A stretch of DNA of 64,000 nt from Eledone cirrhosa (Eukaryota), in NCBI GenBank assembly GCA_964016885.1, contig OZ024741.1, positions 397,730,001 to 397,794,000 of the forward strand. The letters are read 5' to 3'. Made by a program: the position numbers and the translations under genes. Within the stretch, counting starts at the first letter, position 1. Each line of letters opens with the position of its first letter. Under the pieces are notes generated by a model, which was not told the DNA's origin, ran no database searches, and worked only from the letters and a program-made list of their open reading frames with translations. Of the stretch, positions 59,669-64,000 are shown piece by piece.

Positions 59669-61143
59669 AGTAGATGAATGGCTTGTGAAAGCGGTACAAG
59701 CCATGTATAGGGGAGCAGTCAGCAAAGTTAGGATTAGCAATGAGTATAGCGAGGAATTTAGCGTACAGGTTGGGGTCCACCAGGGCTCTGTTCTTAGCCC
59801 GCTCCTATTCATCATAGTCCTGCAGGCAATAACGGAGGAGTTTAAGACCGGATGCCCATGGGAACTCCTGTATGCTGATGACCTCGCACTCATAGCTGAA
59901 TCTATGGTAGAACTAGAGAATAAATTCCAAACCTGGAAGCAGGGACTAGAGAGAAAGGGCCTCAAAGTCAACATGACAAAGACTAAGGTCCTTGTAAGTA
60001 GACGAGAAAACAGAACCCAGATCCCCTCAGGGAAATGGCCTTGCTTAGTATGTAGGAAAGGTGTAGGTAGGAACTCCATTCTCTGCCCCAAATGCAAACA
60101 ATGGGTACACAAGAGATGTAGCGGGATCTCAGGAAGCTTAATTAAGAATGTAGGATTCACATGCAGCAGCTGTGCTGAAACAGCAAGCAAACAGCCACAG
60201 GAAACAAGTACCACCAATCTCTGGGAGGGCCCTGTAGAAACAGTAGACAGCTTCTGCTACCTAGGTGACCGAATTAGCAACGGAGGTGGGTGCTCAGAAA
60301 GTACAATAACTAGGGTAAGAACGGGATGGAAGAAGTTTAGGGAACTACTACCACTGCTAGCTGCAAAAGGCTTCTCCCTCAGAATGAAAGGCAGACTGTA
60401 TGATGCGTGTATCCGAACAGCGATGTTGCATGGTAGTGAGACCTGGGCGCTGAAGGTGGAAGACTTACGTAGATTAGAGAGAAACGAAGCCTGCATGCTC
60501 CGATGGATGTGTAACTAATATACGTGAACGACAAAGCATAAAGGAATTGAGAGAGAGACTGAGCTTAAGAGGAATCAAATGCTGCGTGCAGGAGAGGCGG
60601 TTACGCTGGTATGGACATGTGATGCGTATGAAGGATGACAGCTGCATAAAAAGGTGCAGAGCACTAGAAGTTGATGGAAACCGCGGAGTGGGGAGACCCA
60701 AGATGACTTGGGTTGAGGTGATAAAAGCCGACCTTACCCAACTACACCTCTCAAAGACAATGACACACGACCGTGACTTCTGGCGTCGCGCAGTAATACA
60801 GGGTACCCGACCTCCCATGGGTACATGCTGAAGCATATAAACAATATGCCCCCACTCCCCCCACCGCAAGGTGGTCGTGGAGGTGCCACGGCAAAAAAAG
60901 CACCCAGCCCACACTGTAAAGTGGACGTGTAGGCGCCACGAAAAAGCACCCAGCACTCACTGTAAATGAGGTTGGTGTTAGGAAGGGCATCCAGCTGTAG
61001 AAATCAAGCCAGATCAGTTCCTGTATGAGCAAGGCATGGTCAGCCGACCAGACACTGCCCACAACAGGACAACCCGTCTAACCCATGCTAGCGTGGAAGA
61101 ACGGACGTAAAACGGTGATGATGATGATGATGAGGATGATGAT
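59669..61143 (+). mobile_element. RTE-clade LINE, 5'-truncated (subfamily A)
   Basis: ORFs 59685..60518 ([14 protein letters not shown], Cys-rich finger) and 60547..60831 are separated by a lesion. 3' UTR and (GAT)n tail. Confidence 0.92.
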
Positions 61144-62836
61144 ATATATATTAGAAAATGAGGGGTTTTTTACAAAATGAAAAAAAAACGAGACGTCTTA
61201 CATAAGTGAAAGTATAAGGAAAAAAGATGAAATCGAAAAAGCAGCTGGAGTCTTTTTTAAGAATATTTATTTGGTTCCTTTACCGGTTTCGCAGTTCTTG
61301 TGCTTTTCAAAAGTAGAATTGAGATGGAGGGTTTGTGGTTTTTCTCGCATCTGGTTGGTGTTCGAATGTTACTTGTTTTATATGTTAAAAAGTGGCTCGA
61401 AATGCTAGGTTTTTAGAAAAGTAATTTGGTTGGTTGAAGTCTATCATGTGAATAAGTATAATAAATTTCGCACCAGTTCGCGTTACGAAGTTCTTATTAT
61501 ATTTGACATATATATATATATAGTAATATAATAAATGCGAAGACTAAAATCCAAAGAGGGCTCGATAAGGATAAATATATATCAAATATATAAGAACCCT
61601 AGAGCAAATATTTATTAAAATAACAGATTAAAGTTTAAGCAAAGAATCGTTGCTTTCACCCTTAAAGGGATCTTCTGAAACTCAGAATATAGAGTTTCAG
61701 AAGATCCCGTTAAGGGTGAAAGCAGCGATTCTTTGCTTAAACTTTAATCTGTTATTTTAATAAATATATATATATATATATATCATCATCATCATCATTG
61801 TTTAATGTCCATCTTCCACACTAGCATGGGTTAGACGGGAATTGTCCCACTTGAGGCAAGATTGATCAGGTGACCGTGTCTCACTCGTATAGGTCTATCT
61901 GGCAGGTTTTCTTCGGCTGGATGCCCTTCCTAACACCAACCACATTTACAGTGTGGACTGGGAGCTTTTTTACCATGTCTCCTACACAACCACTTTTCAG
62001 TGTAGAGTGGATATTTTGTGGTACTAACATAGTTTTTCAGAGAAAGGCTGGTGTGGGTGGAAGTGAGAGGAGGGAGTAGGGGTAGTGGGGTGGGATGTAT
62101 ATTTGGTTAAGAGGTGCCTACTGACTAGGTTTAACTACTCTTAACCAAATATACACCCCAACCCACTATATATATATATGTGTGTTTGGTGTTAGGAAGG
62201 GCATCCAGCCATAGAAAACCTGCCAGATAGTCCTATAGGAGCGAGACACGGTCTCCCAACCAATCTTGCCTCAAGTGGGACAACTCCTGTCTAACCCATG
62301 CTAGCGTGGAAGATAGATGTTAAACGATGATGAGGATTTTGATATATATATATATATCAAAATCGTCAGTGTTTCTGAGGAGGACAGCTGATTGAACAGG
62401 ATTTTGAGACTAGAAATAGGTAGTAACTTAACCTCTGCCATGATAGTTGATATATATATATATAGAAGGAATTGTCGTAAGGAACGAGATGGACCATAAT
62501 GCACCAGAGTACTCAATACTTAGGGTAGTAGAGTGGGTAATAAGAAAATGTTTAACCCCGACGGCAGAGCTCAAACCGTTGAAATGGCTTGAGCTCTGCC
62601 GTCGGGGTCATACCTTTTCCTATATATATATATGTATATATATATATTTGAAAAAAAGGTAGATGAGTTGATAATACAACCATATAAAGGCAAACAATAT
62701 TTCAAAGCTCGAATATGATTTTTTAGTCCACAGCAAGATTGGTAAAAGACAGCTCAGAGTTTAATCCAATCAGTAAATTTCCAGTCACTGTAGTTTTGCA
62801 TCACAGAACATATATATATATTTGCTTCGAAGTCGC

Positions 62837-62935
62837 TTGACGTATCTGAAGAACTTGCAAATTCAGAGTCAGGTTTGATCCACAAACAGATTGCACCTCG
62901 AGCTGTTCACCGGAGAAACAATTGTAATGCGTTAA
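62837..62935 (+). ncRNA. Type I hammerhead ribozyme motif with long, weakly paired stem II
   Basis: TTGACGTAT-CTGAAGA-...-GAAA-CAATTG-TA-ATGCGTTAA. 9-bp stem I, palindromic stem III ACAATTGT, GUA triplet. Confidence 0.55.
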
Positions 62936-63540
62936 TAAATTGTTTCGATGCATCACTGATTCTTCGTTTTCCATATTATATATATATCAGACAAGTTGTT
63001 GTTTGATGAGCCTGTGGTAAACAGGCAAAACTCCAGAGTAAACAAGACTCATTATTTAGCCTCAATATAATGACTATTAAAGCTCTACTTCGTTACTGAG
63101 TACTCCTTTTTCTCAGCTGTCAACTATAGCTATCGACTACATACGAATATGTGTGTGTGTGTGTGTGTGTGTAAGCCCAACTCTTGCTAGCAGATAAAAC
63201 AAACACAAGAAATGATTACTATGATGATGACAATGATGATGATGATATATAATATATATAAATATGTACAGGTCTGTATATACCAGTCACTGCAAATGTC
63301 AATATGACATCGTTTATTAAGAAACAAGTGGTGGCAGTCGTCTATATTCACCATAAATAACAAGTTTTACAGCCTAGCAGTTCCACAAATGTCAACAATC
63401 TATACCATACTTATTACTAATAAAGTAAGGATAGTGTTAAGAAAGGCATCCAGCTGTAGCAACCTGCCTTACAGATCTTGTCCAACCCATGCTAGGATGG
63501 AAATATATATATATATATAACCCATGCTAATGATGATGAT

Positions 63541-63604
<64 letters not shown>

Positions 63605-63661
63605 CCAATGCTAATGATGAGGATATACACACACACACACATATATATATAAGAGTATAGA

Positions 63662-63980
63662 TCCCCTTCAGTCACAAATAACCATGGAATTTGCACCTAG
63701 AAAGTTCCCTTCCGAGGCACAAGTCTTGACAAGGTTTTTTGTAGAAGACCAGCAGTCACCCATGCATATCAGTCTCTGCTCTCCATGCCACCGATGTTGT
63801 CCAAGGGAAAGGCAAAAGCTGATACAGCTTGGCACCAATGACATTGCAACTCATTTCTACAGTTGAGTGAACTGGAACAATGTGAAATAAAGTGTTTTGC
63901 TCAAGGACCTAACGCATCACCTAGTAAGAGAATTGAACTCACAACCTCACAATTGTAAGCCCAATGCTGTAACCACTAAG
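63662..63980 (-). mobile_element. tRNA-derived SINE, same subfamily as 40305
   Basis: Aligns along its length with 40305-40632. Confidence 0.75.
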
Positions 63981-64000
63981 ACTTCAGAAAATCAAATAAT

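Noticed and set aside
55331-64000. Further PLK exons (rest of PB1 and PB2)
   Set aside because: No AG-flanked phase-2 frame with polo-box similarity could be recognised. They are probably beyond the window.

Overview
Eukaryotic, AT-rich and very repeat-dense DNA. The SINE/LINE repertoire suggests an octopus-like cephalopod (inference, not checked). Almost the whole window is the interior of one + strand polo-like kinase gene (PLK2/PLK3-like). Eight GT-AG exons between 3704 and 55330 splice in frame and run from kinase subdomain III to polo-box 1; the gene's start and end lie outside the window. The introns hold a dead DD37D (maT) Tc1/mariner element, two short non-autonomous Helitrons, a Dong/R4-type LINE in a (TAA)n tract, eight pieces of an RTE-type LINE (which has a PHD-like C4HC3 finger inside its RT region), tRNA-derived SINEs and several tandem arrays, including a 13.4-kb array of a palindromic 18-bp unit. 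The most interesting signal is a set of type I hammerhead-ribozyme motifs in short TA-flanked inserts, many of them fold-backs, that look derived from Penelope-like elements. One is a tandem 544-nt, apparently non-coding unit bounded by two hammerheads (44.45-45.41 kb), which resembles a retrozyme/circular-RNA generator. All RNA structures were paired by eye. No searches or folding programs were run.
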